Positions 18,776 to 30,864 of a stretch of DNA of 64,000 nt are shown one piece after another. The DNA comes from Acidobacteriota bacterium (lineage in GTDB: Bacteria > Acidobacteriota > Blastocatellia > Pyrinomonadales > Pyrinomonadaceae): contig JBDTZO010000124.1 of the NCBI GenBank assembly GCA_040005135.1, positions 5,121 through 69,120 on the forward strand, given 5' to 3'. Numbering within the stretch: the first letter of the stretch is position 1; every line of letters begins with the position of its first letter. The position numbers and the translations under genes were made by a program. Under the pieces are notes generated by a model. It was not told where the DNA came from, made no database searches, and saw only the letters and a program-made list of their open reading frames with translations.

Positions 18776-20002
18776 TTAGATCAAATGTACCAGCAATCCG
18801 TCCTTGAGTTTCGGTTCAAACCATGTCGATTTCGGCGGCATGATCTCGTCCATGTCGGAGACGGCAAAAAGGTCATCCATGGTGGTCGGGAACATCGAAA
18901 ATGCGAGAGTGGCATCCCCACGGTTCACCATGCGTTCGAGTTCACCGGTACCGCGGCGACCGCCGACAAAACCGATCCGCTCGTCGGTTTGAACATCTGT
19001 GATTCCGAGAACGGGAGAGAGAACGTATTGTTGTAAAATGCTGACGTCCAGCCGTTCGATAGGGTCAGGCTGCCGCAAATATCGGACATTGAACGACAGA
19101 GTGTACCATTTACCGCTGAAATACATGCAAATATCGCCGTGCTGTTTTGGCTCTTTTTGGCCATTTTCGACAATGATGAAGTTATCCCGCAATTTTGCAA
19201 AGAATTCCTCGGTCGATAAGCCGTTGAGGCCCTTGACTGTCCGGTTGTATGCCAGGATCTTTAGGTCCTCAGCGGGAAACACACCCGCAAGAACGAAGTT
19301 GAATTCCTCTTGGCCGCTAAAGCCGGGATCTCGTTTACGCATAGCATTACGCGCGAGCAAAGCGCTTTCTGCACGATGATGTCCATCTGCGATGTACAAT
19401 GCGGGCACCTCGAGAAAAGCTTCCGTCCACGGTTCAGTGTCAGCACAGCGCCAAACCGTATGGCGGACGCCGTCGTGCCCCTGAAAATCGTAAAGCGGAG
19501 AGCCGCCCACGGCTGAGCTGAAAAGACCGTGGATCCTTTCGGTTCCGCGAAATGCCAAAAATATCAAGCCAGTCTGTGCCCCAACCGCCAACAGATGGCC
19601 GGTTCGGTCCTCAACCTTGTCAGGCCTCACTTTTTCATGTTTTTTGATTAGGCCCTGGTCATATTCGTCAATAGAGCAGCAGGCGACCAATCCAGTCTGA
19701 GAATGATTGCGCGTAGCGAGTCGATATACATAAAGTGCCGGCTCCGGATCAACGGCATAAATATTATCGCGGATCAGGCCTTCTAAATTCAGGCGGGCAC
19801 GCTCAAAGAGAGCTTCGGGAGACGGGGTCTCGCCCGCCGGAAAATCGCCGTCCGGCCGGGTCACGCGCAGAAAGCTGCGGCGATATTGTTCAACCTGGTC
19901 CCGAACCTCAGATTCGTAGACGACATCATAAGGAACGCTTGAAACCTGTTCGGCCATTTCGGCCTGCGGCCGTAAGGCGTGGAAGGGTTTGATTACTGAC
20001 AC
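18776..20002 (-). CDS. DUF1015-family protein
   Basis: IKPFHALRPQAEMAEQVSSVPYDVV and YIADGHHR blocks, which are typical of DUF1015. Confidence 0.8.
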   Translation of the reverse strand: MSVIKPFHALRPQAEMAEQVSSVPYDVVYESEVRDQVEQYRRSFLRVTRPDGDFPAGETPSPEALFERARLNLEGLIRDNIYAVDPEPALYVYRLATRNHSQTGLVACCSIDEYDQGLIKKHEKVRPDKVEDRTGHLLAVGAQTGLIFLAFRGTERIHGLFSSAVGGSPLYDFQGHDGVRHTVWRCADTEPWTEAFLEVPALYIADGHHRAESALLARNAMRKRDPGFSGQEEFNFVLAGVFPAEDLKILAYNRTVKGLNGLSTEEFFAKLRDNFIIVENGQKEPKQHGDICMYFSGKWYTLSFNVRYLRQPDPIERLDVSILQQYVLSPVLGITDVQTDERIGFVGGRRGTGELERMVNRGDATLAFSMFPTTMDDLFAVSDMDEIMPPKSTWFEPKLKDGLLVHLI

Positions 20003-20011
20003 TCGTTTCTC

Positions 20012-20536
20012 CTAAAAAGGTGTGGCCGATGTCGGCGGAGCGTTGGGCACGGCACCGTTCGCTCCGTTGATCACGTTATCGATGGCCTTGTTCTTATCGT
20101 CGATGTCCTTCATCATCTGGTCGGCATAGCCCACTTTATCGATCTTCCAGACGCCGTCTTCGCGAACGAACGGGACCGTCTCCCACGTGTTGAACGAATT
20201 TTTCACCTGCAGCGTAGCTTTGTCGCCGTCGATCTTTTCTTCGCGATATTCAACCGTTTTCTGGTTTTCGTTAAAGAGAGTCTCACGTTTGACGATGTCA
20301 TCGACGTTGACGCCTTGGGCCTTAGCCTCTTTTTCGTGCATCTTGATCGTCGCGTCCGAAAGCAGCAGCTTCATCGTCGTCGTATCCTTTTGCTTGATCG
20401 CCTTGGTGTAGGTCTTAAACGTCTCAATGGGCGTCGCGACCTTTGGCTGGGCGCACGACGCGGACGTAATGAGGGCGACCGCAACCAACATGATTCTTGA
20501 CCAACGGAGCATCTTAAATATACCTTTATTAGACAA
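20012..20536 (-). CDS. Hypothetical lipoprotein
   Basis: Signal with ITSASC, and a small mixed alpha/beta body. No family assigned. Confidence 0.55.
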   Translation of the reverse strand: MSNKGIFKMLRWSRIMLVAVALITSASCAQPKVATPIETFKTYTKAIKQKDTTTMKLLLSDATIKMHEKEAKAQGVNVDDIVKRETLFNENQKTVEYREEKIDGDKATLQVKNSFNTWETVPFVREDGVWKIDKVGYADQMMKDIDDKNKAIDNVINGANGAVPNAPPTSATPF

Positions 20537-20583
20537 TTACAAAACCTAGATTATAGCGTATAGGCGAGGAGTCGAGAAAGACA

Positions 20584-20868
20584 ATGGAGCGTAAATTACT
20601 GATGCCGGACGAGATCCCAAATAGGCTCGGCAACCTCGAGGGTTGGTCGGCCGCGGGCAAAATACTCAAACGGCGAATGGAATTTGATGATTTTGCCGGG
20701 GCACTTATCTTCGTCAACAAAGTCGGTGCGATCGCCGAGCGCCTCGACCATCATCCTGATATTACTTTCGGTTGGGGATATGCCGATATTGAGACGACAA
20801 CACACGATCGGGGAGGAATTACCGATCTCGACATCGCACTCGCCCGCGAGATAAACAGTTTGGCCTGA
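20584..20868 (+). CDS. phhB: Pterin-4a-carbinolamine dehydratase
   Basis: 94 aa, with F.DF..A..FVNKVGAIAERLDHHPDI..GWGYADIETTTH. Confidence 0.88.
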   Translation: MERKLLMPDEIPNRLGNLEGWSAAGKILKRRMEFDDFAGALIFVNKVGAIAERLDHHPDITFGWGYADIETTTHDRGGITDLDIALAREINSLA

Positions 20869-20874
20869 ACCAGG

Positions 20875-21990
20875 CTATTTGATTTCTGAGCAGGGAATGG
20901 CGATATCCTTTTTCAAGTCGATAGTTGATTCGCCAAAGCGGTCGTTCATCGGTGCGAACCGCTGAGTTATGTCGGCGGTGCCGTACATGCATGCCGCGCC
21001 GCTTCGATACAGGAACGTCGCTGTGATCGTCCGAAATTGTCGGATGCTCGACGGATCATCGCTGTACTCTCCCCAAAAATCATCAGAAAAGTATATGCTC
21101 GTCGGCACGATCCCTTCCGAAGTGAGACGGTTTGTAAGCTCTGTTCTTACAGCCTTGTCGTCGAATTTCCCAGCGATAGGCAGCTTACTTTCGTCCGTCG
21201 AGTCTCGCAGTACCAGTGATTGGAATGAATTTCGTTCCGCAGGATACTTTGCGATTCCTTTAGAGAAATCCGAATTGAAAGCGGTCTTTGCAAGGTAATC
21301 GCCGGGGCTGCGCGGAAATCCCGGCCTGTCCGAGATCCGAAGCTCGTTGTGCCACAATCCCGGTTTCGAGACGGCGACATTCTTAATATAAATGGCGAGA
21401 GCGTTGTTGTGTCCCGCTTTTCCCGGTGCAAGGCTCATTTTAAACTCACTAAGCGCAAGTTCGGCCTTGCTGAATTCGATCGTCTCGTGGCTCTTCGCGG
21501 TAACGTCGCCGGCTGGACCGTATTCCACAAAGAGGAGAAACCTCTCGCCGCTTGGGTCGGAGGTGCGATAGACATATTTTTCGAGTTTTCCGTTCAGCTT
21601 GATGTACAACCACGCAGGGTCGCCGTCGGCGAATACAGTCGCCGCGTTGGGCTTGGCCTCTGCGAACGATTTGTAATCATTCTTTGTAAGCACCATCTGA
21701 ACGTCAACGTTCGTCACAGGGCGAGCCGCAGCAACGGCTGGTTTGCCCTGCTTTTCTGCCGCCTGGCGAGCCTCATCGGCCGCGATCATTTCGCGCCGCC
21801 GCTCGTCTGCTTGTCGCATTTGCGGAAACTGAGCGTGAATTGAGCCCACGAGACCCATCACGATAAACCCGAGCACTACTTTCGAAGTTTTTTTCACATT
21901 GCTCCTCACGCCCATTCCGGGCGAACGCTTAATTATAGCCAATTTCATTTGTCGTTTCGATGCGAGCCCGCCGCAGATGGTTACCGCCAT
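20875..21990 (-). CDS. Hypothetical secreted protein
   Basis: Long ORF with an internal signal-like segment (VVLGFIVMGLVGSIHA). The start may be internal. No family recognised. Confidence 0.55.
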   Translation of the reverse strand: MAVTICGGLASKRQMKLAIIKRSPGMGVRSNVKKTSKVVLGFIVMGLVGSIHAQFPQMRQADERRREMIAADEARQAAEKQGKPAVAAARPVTNVDVQMVLTKNDYKSFAEAKPNAATVFADGDPAWLYIKLNGKLEKYVYRTSDPSGERFLLFVEYGPAGDVTAKSHETIEFSKAELALSEFKMSLAPGKAGHNNALAIYIKNVAVSKPGLWHNELRISDRPGFPRSPGDYLAKTAFNSDFSKGIAKYPAERNSFQSLVLRDSTDESKLPIAGKFDDKAVRTELTNRLTSEGIVPTSIYFSDDFWGEYSDDPSSIRQFRTITATFLYRSGAACMYGTADITQRFAPMNDRFGESTIDLKKDIAIPCSEIK

Positions 21991-22308
21991 TTATTTGAAC
22001 GACGTTTTCGTCGTATCTCAATGTTAAGTGAGCATGTTTAGAGCGCGTGATACCCACTGTACTTTACAGTACAAATACTGGCTGTTTCATTTGGTTTCAT
22101 GTAAGCGTGCAGAGATCATCGGCCGCAATTGAGAGTTTCATTAACGCTCTCGTTGGAGCTTCTCGACGCTCGGCGCGTAATTATCAGATAGTCGAGTACC
22201 ATTTTATGTTTCCAATTATGTGGCGAGATGCAAGGCCTTTCGTATCGCACGCAGATCTGGCCGCGGGAACGCGAGGTTCACCGTTTAGACGGCGATGGAG
22301 GCGGTCAA

Positions 22309-24941
<2,633 letters not shown>

Positions 24942-25102
24942 TTATTTTTTAACTTATTTAGCGCGGTTAGTAATTAACACTATATTAGGACGCTTTGGGT
25001 CAAAACGTAAATTAGTCGGTGAGGACGACGGCATACGATGGCATGCAATGAGATCAAGGTCGAAATTTGCTTTCACCGCTCATCTCTTTTAATTTGGAAG
25101 CA

Positions 25103-25384
25103 ATGACTGAAAAACAGTACTGTTCGATCTGTAATGCGCAGGTTCCGGCAATGGGCCGCTATCCGCAATATGTTTGTGGAACATGCTATCTGCGTGCGAC
25201 GGACGAGGACGGACGCAGCATCAGCTTTTCAAACGTTTCATTGTCGGGCGGATTTGCTGCTCTATATCGCGATACGCACGAAGAACGGCATTCTGACATT
25301 TGCTATATTGACGGCATAAAATGCCGCGCCGAAGAAGCAAGGTTCGGCGGAATAGTGGTTCAACCGTATGACGAAGAAAGCTGA
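25103..25384 (+). CDS. Hypothetical zinc-ribbon protein upstream of purE
   Basis: [29 protein letters not shown] (CxxC..CxxC). The 3-prime end overlaps the purE start by 17 nt. The start is uncertain (track TTG at 25067 versus ATG at 25103). Confidence 0.45.
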   Translation: MTEKQYCSICNAQVPAMGRYPQYVCGTCYLRATDEDGRSISFSNVSLSGGFAALYRDTHEERHSDICYIDGIKCRAEEARFGGIVVQPYDEES

Positions 25385-25874
25385 TCAGCACGCGGCACCG
25401 CTGGTTGCGATCATAATGGGCAGTAAATCTGACTGGCCGACGATGGAGGTCGCGTCGAATATGTTGACCGAATTCGGCGTCGACCACGAGAGTAAGATAG
25501 TCTCCGCGCATCGTACGCCTGACTTGCTTTTCGAGTTCGCAAAGACAGCTGAATCCCGCGGTATCGAGGTTATCATCGCCGGCGCCGGCGGAGCCGCTCA
25601 CCTGCCGGGGATGTGCGCATCGCAAACCGTTTTGCCGGTTCTGGGCGTGCCTGTCGAGAGCAAGGCACTTAAAGGCATTGATTCGCTACTCTCGATCGCT
25701 CAAATGCCGGCCGGCATTCCTGTCGGCACCCTTGCCATCGGTCAGCCCGGCGCCAAAAATGCGGCCTTGCTGGCGATCGCGATCCTCGCAAATTCACGCC
25801 CGGATCTCCGAAAAAAGCTTCATGACTTTCGCACTGTCCAGACGATCGCGGTCATGCAAACCTTGATCGACTGA
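25368..25874 (+). CDS. purE: N5-carboxyaminoimidazole ribonucleotide mutase
   Basis: [40 protein letters not shown]. Confidence 0.95.
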   Translation: MTKKADQHAAPLVAIIMGSKSDWPTMEVASNMLTEFGVDHESKIVSAHRTPDLLFEFAKTAESRGIEVIIAGAGGAAHLPGMCASQTVLPVLGVPVESKALKGIDSLLSIAQMPAGIPVGTLAIGQPGAKNAALLAIAILANSRPDLRKKLHDFRTVQTIAVMQTLID

Positions 25875-25976
25875 CTCATACAACACGCAGCGTTAAAACT
25901 TGTTGACATATGAGCCTGAAATAGCCTTAAATTATCGTTGAGGCCGCACTCTCCCTCAAAAGGCGGAAAATAGGAA

Positions 25977-26393
25977 ATGAATTCTGAACGGTGCAACGCA
26001 TGTGGTTCGCTGAATCCGACCTCCGTCGCGGCGTGTAGGCGGTGCGGCGCAGGGTATACCGCATATCGGCCGCCGCCGAGCCCGGCCGCGAGTCCGCGTG
26101 AGGCCGCCCGGCGGTCGTCGTGGCTATACACTTTGCTGTTTCTGGCCCTCCTTGGCGGCGGAGCATATTATCTCTACTCTGGTTTTTTGCGATCATTCGA
26201 GCAGGTCCAGTCCAACGAAAATTATGTATCCCGACCTGCTGCGGCCCCAACTTCACAGAGGATGTCGAACCGGACCGAATCCGATCGGCAACGCGTAACG
26301 CCCTTTAAGACTGCGATCCAGAACAGCCCCGGTTTGACCGAAGCAAACCGCCGACTCGCCGAGACTCAAAAGCTGATGCAGCCCACCAGATAG
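25977..26393 (+). CDS. Hypothetical zinc-ribbon membrane protein
   Basis: CNACGSLN..CRRCG, followed by one TM helix (WLYTLLFLALLGGGAYYLY). It lies between purE and purK. Confidence 0.5.
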   Translation: MNSERCNACGSLNPTSVAACRRCGAGYTAYRPPPSPAASPREAARRSSWLYTLLFLALLGGGAYYLYSGFLRSFEQVQSNENYVSRPAAAPTSQRMSNRTESDRQRVTPFKTAIQNSPGLTEANRRLAETQKLMQPTR

Positions 26394-26466
26394 AGACCGC
26401 GAATTCAATTCTCGCTAAAAGTAGGTTAATCTAACCGTTCTAATCACTTTTGCAGATTCGGAATTC

Positions 26467-27642
26467 GTGGCGAAACCAATTCTTCCAAATTCGACGATCG
26501 GTGTCTTCGGCAGCGGCCAACTCGGACGGATGTTCGCTCTCGAGGCGCGCAAGCTCGGCTATCGCGTCCATACACTCTCACCCGACAGCGATACGCCGAC
26601 GGGCCAAGTGGCCGATATCGAGACACAGGCAGCCTATGATGACCTTTACGAGGTCCGGACCTTTGCGCAAAGTGTCGATGTCGTGACGTTCGAATTTGAG
26701 AACGTCCCATCGGCGACCGTTGAGGCGGCAGCGGAATTCGTCGATGTGTTCCCTCGCGGTGAGATCCTGCACACTACCCAAAACCGTTTGCGGGAAAAGA
26801 CGTTCTTGTCCCGGCACGGCTTTCCGGTGACGCCTTTCCGACACGTCGAGACACTTGACGACCTGGGCTCCGCAGCCGAGGGGTTGGGCTTCCCGTGCGT
26901 GCTTAAGACCGCCGGTTTCGGATACGACGGTAAAGGCCAAAGCAATATCGCATCCGCGGCAGATATTGGGCCGGCTTTCGCGCTTCTGGGCGGCCGCGAT
27001 GCGGTGCTGGAGGCTTTCGTGGATTTTGAAAAGGAGGTCTCAGTCGTTTGTGCCCGCGACCAGCAGGGAAACTTTGCTCATTTTGGCGTTATCGAGAATG
27101 TGCATGCCAACCATATCCTCGACGTTTCATTTGCACCAGCAGTCGTCTCAGACACGACCTACAAAAATGCGGTCGCTATCACGCAGAGTATTTCGGAGAC
27201 GATGGATTACGTCGGGACGCTTTGTGTTGAATTTTTCGTGACGCGAAACGGGGAATTGTTGGTAAACGAGCTTGCTCCGCGTCCTCACAATTCAGGCCAT
27301 CTGACCTTCGACGCGTGCGTCACTTCGCAATTCGAACAGCAGCTAAGGTCCGTTTGCGGAATGCGGCTCGGGTCGACTGAGTTCTATCGACCGGCGGCAA
27401 TGGCTAACTTGCTAGGTGACGTCTGGCGATTCGGAGAGCCGAATTGGCCTGCGGTGCTCAATTCGTCGGGCGTTAAATTGCATCTTTATGGAAAAGCAGA
27501 GGCTCGAACCGGGCGAAAGATGGGTCACATCACAGCCATTGCCGAATCGGCTCAGGACGCTGCCAAGCTCGTGCTCAAAGCACGCGAACTGGTAACGCCT
27601 TACCAAGAGCCACTCCAGCGATCAACGCCAGGAATCCCGTAA
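26467..27642 (+). CDS. purK: N5-carboxyaminoimidazole ribonucleotide synthase
   Basis: IGVFGSGQLGRMF, an ATP-grasp body, ELAPRPHNSGH, GRKMGHIT. Confidence 0.92.
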   Translation: MAKPILPNSTIGVFGSGQLGRMFALEARKLGYRVHTLSPDSDTPTGQVADIETQAAYDDLYEVRTFAQSVDVVTFEFENVPSATVEAAAEFVDVFPRGEILHTTQNRLREKTFLSRHGFPVTPFRHVETLDDLGSAAEGLGFPCVLKTAGFGYDGKGQSNIASAADIGPAFALLGGRDAVLEAFVDFEKEVSVVCARDQQGNFAHFGVIENVHANHILDVSFAPAVVSDTTYKNAVAITQSISETMDYVGTLCVEFFVTRNGELLVNELAPRPHNSGHLTFDACVTSQFEQQLRSVCGMRLGSTEFYRPAAMANLLGDVWRFGEPNWPAVLNSSGVKLHLYGKAEARTGRKMGHITAIAESAQDAAKLVLKARELVTPYQEPLQRSTPGIP

Positions 27643-27973
27643 AAACGCTCAAAAACAAATATCCCACGGCCATCAAGAACTGTCGATCACGGGCGAGGCC
27701 GAAGATCTCCATTTCGAAAGTCGAAAATGTCGTAAACGCGCCTAGAAACCCGATAATTATTGCCATCCGGAGATTGTCGCTGACCTCTATCTTGTCGGTA
27801 AGCACGATGATCAGAAAGCCGATCAGAAAAGATCCCGCTACGTTTATCAGAAACGTGGGAAACGGAAATCGCTGAAAAAGGTTTGCGGCCGGCGACACAT
27901 TGATGAGGTAGCGGGCCACCGCTCCACACGCACCACCCGCTGCGACGAAAAGTATTCTTCCAAATGTTCCCAA
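27575..27973 (-). CDS. crcB: Fluoride ion channel CrcB/FluC
   Basis: 132 aa with four TM segments, GGACGAVARYL, and FLGAFTTFSTF. Confidence 0.9.
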   Translation of the reverse strand: MGTFGRILFVAAGGACGAVARYLINVSPAANLFQRFPFPTFLINVAGSFLIGFLIIVLTDKIEVSDNLRMAIIIGFLGAFTTFSTFEMEIFGLARDRQFLMAVGYLFLSVFTGFLALIAGVALGKALPVRVL

Positions 27974-28078
27974 TAGAAATACCTCCGACAGAACAGTTCA
28001 AAATTAACTGCGATTATACATTTTTCAGCGGATCCAATCATTTGCTCGCCGAACTCCCACACAGTAAACTCAAGCTTT

Positions 28079-28564
28079 ATGGCTGAGACACTTGAATTTA
28101 CGCGGAACGCTCCGCGCGAGACGATCTATGTGGAGCTTGTTCCGCAGGTTCGGGCTCTCGTGGCCGGCGAGCCCGATGCGGTCGCGAATATGGCAAATAT
28201 CGCGGCAGTGCTCCGCGAAGCATTGGGATTTTTCTGGGTCGGATTTTATGTCAATAAGGACGGTCAGCTCGTATTAGGCCCGTTCCAAGGCCCCTTGGCC
28301 TGCACACGAATCGATTTTGATCGGGGCGTCTGCGGACACGCGTACACTACCCGCGAAACGGTGATCGTACCGGATGTTGCGGAGTTTCCCGGCCACGTTG
28401 CATGCTCTTCGGCTTCGCGATCCGAGATCGTAGTGCCCATATTCGGCCGAGGCGGTGACGTTTTTGGAGTGCTGGATGTGGACAGCAATTTGCTGAATGA
28501 TTTTTCAGCGACTGACTCCGAGGGCCTCGGGAGAATCGTAGCCATCCTGGAAGCCGCGCTTTGA
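28079..28564 (+). CDS. msrC: GAF-domain free methionine-(R)-sulfoxide reductase-like protein
   Basis: WVGFYV..GQLVLGPFQGPLACTRIDFDRGVCG and HVACSSASRSEIVVPI blocks, as in YebR/fRMsr. Confidence 0.8.
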   Translation: MAETLEFTRNAPRETIYVELVPQVRALVAGEPDAVANMANIAAVLREALGFFWVGFYVNKDGQLVLGPFQGPLACTRIDFDRGVCGHAYTTRETVIVPDVAEFPGHVACSSASRSEIVVPIFGRGGDVFGVLDVDSNLLNDFSATDSEGLGRIVAILEAAL

Positions 28565-28586
28565 TCGGCCGTTCGGCCCGTAACCT

Positions 28587-29630
28587 ATGAATACGATAGA
28601 ATATCCATATTGGGTGTGGGGCGTATTCTTCACGGTCGTTTTCGTTGCCCTCTTTGTCGATCTTGGGATCGCCAATCGCCGCACTCATGCTCCGACGCGT
28701 AAAGAAACTATCGCTTGGAGTCTGGTCTGGATCTCTCTGGCGGCGGCTTTTGGCGGGTTTATTTACTGGCAGTTCGGCGGTTTCAAGGGCAAGGAGTTTC
28801 TGACCGGATACTTGATCGAGCTCTCGCTTTCGATAGATAACCTGTTCGTTTTCCTGCTCATTTTTGGCTATTTCAAGGTTCCCAAAGCATTTCAGCACCG
28901 AGCTCTGTTTTGGGGAATTTTCATGGCGCTCGTTATGCGGATGGTGATGATATTTGCCGGAGCGCAGCTGGTCGAGAGCTTTGAATGGATACTTTATTTC
29001 TTCGGCGTCTTCCTGATCTACACAGGTATCAAAATGTTCGGCGACGACGAGGCGTTTGAGCCCGAGGACAGCGTCATCGTGAAGGTCACAACGCGGTTCG
29101 TACCGATCTCAAAAGAATACGATGGTGAGAAGTTTTTCGTTATTAGGGATGGTAAGCGAATCGGAACATTGCTGCTGCTTGTACTGATCGTGATCAATGT
29201 TGCCGACATTGTTTTCGCCGTCGACTCGATCCCGGCAATATTCGGGATCACCACCGACCGCTTTATCGTCTACACATCAAACATCTTCGCGATCCTCGGG
29301 CTTCGTACTTTTTATTTTTTACTCGCCGACCTAGCTGATAAATTCCACTACCTTAAATATGGCCTCGCGTTCGTGCTGAGCTTTATCGGCGTTAAAATGC
29401 TCTTGCCACTTTTTGCCGATGGCCTGATAATGGTACTTGGTCAGGATCACAGCTCGCAGTTGAGCGAAGTTTTGCTGAGGTACTCTCATCACGAATACGA
29501 GCAGATGATTATAAATATCTCGCTCGCGGTGGTTGCCGGAGCAATTGCTTTCTCAGTGATCTTGTCGATCCTGTTTCCGCACAAGGCGGCTGATGACGAC
29601 TCAGAGCAGTCCGCCATAGATGGACGATAA
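28587..29630 (+). CDS. TerC-family integral membrane protein
   Basis: ELSLSIDNLFVF and VDSIPAIFGIT blocks, with a polytopic profile. Confidence 0.9.
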   Translation: MNTIEYPYWVWGVFFTVVFVALFVDLGIANRRTHAPTRKETIAWSLVWISLAAAFGGFIYWQFGGFKGKEFLTGYLIELSLSIDNLFVFLLIFGYFKVPKAFQHRALFWGIFMALVMRMVMIFAGAQLVESFEWILYFFGVFLIYTGIKMFGDDEAFEPEDSVIVKVTTRFVPISKEYDGEKFFVIRDGKRIGTLLLLVLIVINVADIVFAVDSIPAIFGITTDRFIVYTSNIFAILGLRTFYFLLADLADKFHYLKYGLAFVLSFIGVKMLLPLFADGLIMVLGQDHSSQLSEVLLRYSHHEYEQMIINISLAVVAGAIAFSVILSILFPHKAADDDSEQSAIDGR

Positions 29631-30858
29631 TAAATACCGCAAATTTTATGTCGAATGGTGGCACATTCGAAAGAGCACGATCTTCGGCCTAGTAGCCGTT
29701 TGTGTTCTGGCTGGTATCGTCGGCGGCGGTGCCTGGTGGGCGTCCAGGAACAACTGGTTTGCCCAGAAGATGGACATCGAGATACCCACGGACGCTGCCC
29801 GCATCGCGTCGTTTGAGGGTGACGTGCGGATCGTGAGAGCGCAGACGCGCGAGACGATACTCGTCACAAAAGAAACATATGTAGCGGCGGGAGACACTAT
29901 TCAAACCCAATCGGACGGCAGAGCGATCGTACAAATGATCGACGGATCAGTTTACAGGGTTGGGCCGAACAGCACTGTTGTGGTGCGCGACAGCACTTCG
30001 ATCCTCGGCGGCAAGAACGTACGTGTTCGCGTAAGTGATGGACAATTGAACGTTCGCACAAACGATCAGACTGAGGACGCCAAGAATATCGTCGAACTCG
30101 GTGAGTCGGAAAATGAGGTGCAACCGAAAACCGATGCGAGCTTTAGCGCCAATGGCGACAACGGCGGCGAAATACGAATCAGCCGCGGCGGCGTCGAAAC
30201 GACAATTGGTGGCGACAAGACGCTGATCGGCGAAAACGAGTTCGCGACCGTTGCCAACGGCAAATTATCGCCGCGCGAGAAATTGCTTGCACCGCCCCGG
30301 CCGATCTCGCCAGAGGATAGTTCGCAGATCGTGGATTCGACCGGAAGCGGTGTCGGCGTTAACTTCACATGGCGTGACGCTGAGGGCGGGAACGCAGCCA
30401 CATTTTATTTGCAGGTGTCACGCTCGCCGCTATTTGCTTTGGACGCGATCCTCGTCGACCGAAGCTCGATCGCAGCACGGGAATTTCGGCTTTCGGGCCT
30501 GTCGCCGGGAACTTATTACTGGCGGCTGAAATCTACGGCCCGGTCCGGCCAGACGACCCCGTGGAATGATCAATGGAAATTCACGGTCGTAAAGCGCGGA
30601 GCGAATACCACAATTGAGGCGGGCGAGTGGGTCGTCGAACCGGTCGGCGGCAACGTATTTTTTGTCAGCGGGCGTACGCAGCCGGGCATGGCTGTTCGGG
30701 CGCTCGGGCGGTCGACGTTCGCAGCTTCGGATGGCACGTTCAAGCTGCAAATATCTACGCCGTCCTCTGAGGCCTTTATTGAGATCGGCGACGACCGCGG
30801 CAACCGCAGCGGTTTTATTCTATCGATGCGGACCGGAAATTTGATGGGACGCTATTAA
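29620..30858 (+). CDS. Membrane-anchored FecR-domain protein with a C-terminal beta-sandwich region
   Basis: One TM helix, then FEGDVRIVRAQT...AAGDTIQTQSDGRAIVQMIDGSVYRVGPNSTVVV (FecR-like) and an FN3-like LSGLSPGTYYWRLKS. Confidence 0.65.
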   Translation: MDDNKYRKFYVEWWHIRKSTIFGLVAVCVLAGIVGGGAWWASRNNWFAQKMDIEIPTDAARIASFEGDVRIVRAQTRETILVTKETYVAAGDTIQTQSDGRAIVQMIDGSVYRVGPNSTVVVRDSTSILGGKNVRVRVSDGQLNVRTNDQTEDAKNIVELGESENEVQPKTDASFSANGDNGGEIRISRGGVETTIGGDKTLIGENEFATVANGKLSPREKLLAPPRPISPEDSSQIVDSTGSGVGVNFTWRDAEGGNAATFYLQVSRSPLFALDAILVDRSSIAAREFRLSGLSPGTYYWRLKSTARSGQTTPWNDQWKFTVVKRGANTTIEAGEWVVEPVGGNVFFVSGRTQPGMAVRALGRSTFAASDGTFKLQISTPSSEAFIEIGDDRGNRSGFILSMRTGNLMGRY

Positions 30859-30864
30859 CGAATT

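Noticed and set aside
27974-28078. Possible fluoride riboswitch (crcB motif) in the 105 nt leader of crcB.
   Set aside because: I read the minus-strand leader by eye. It contains GGCGAGCAAAUGAUUGG, but lacks the conserved GGCGAUGG..CC..AACCGCC..CUGAUGA..CCUAC core arrangement as I remember it. A covariance-model scan (RF01734) would settle the question.
28565-28586. Possible yybP-ykoY manganese riboswitch upstream of the TerC-family gene.
   Set aside because: Only 22 nt separate TerC from the preceding GAF gene, which is far too short for the riboswitch.
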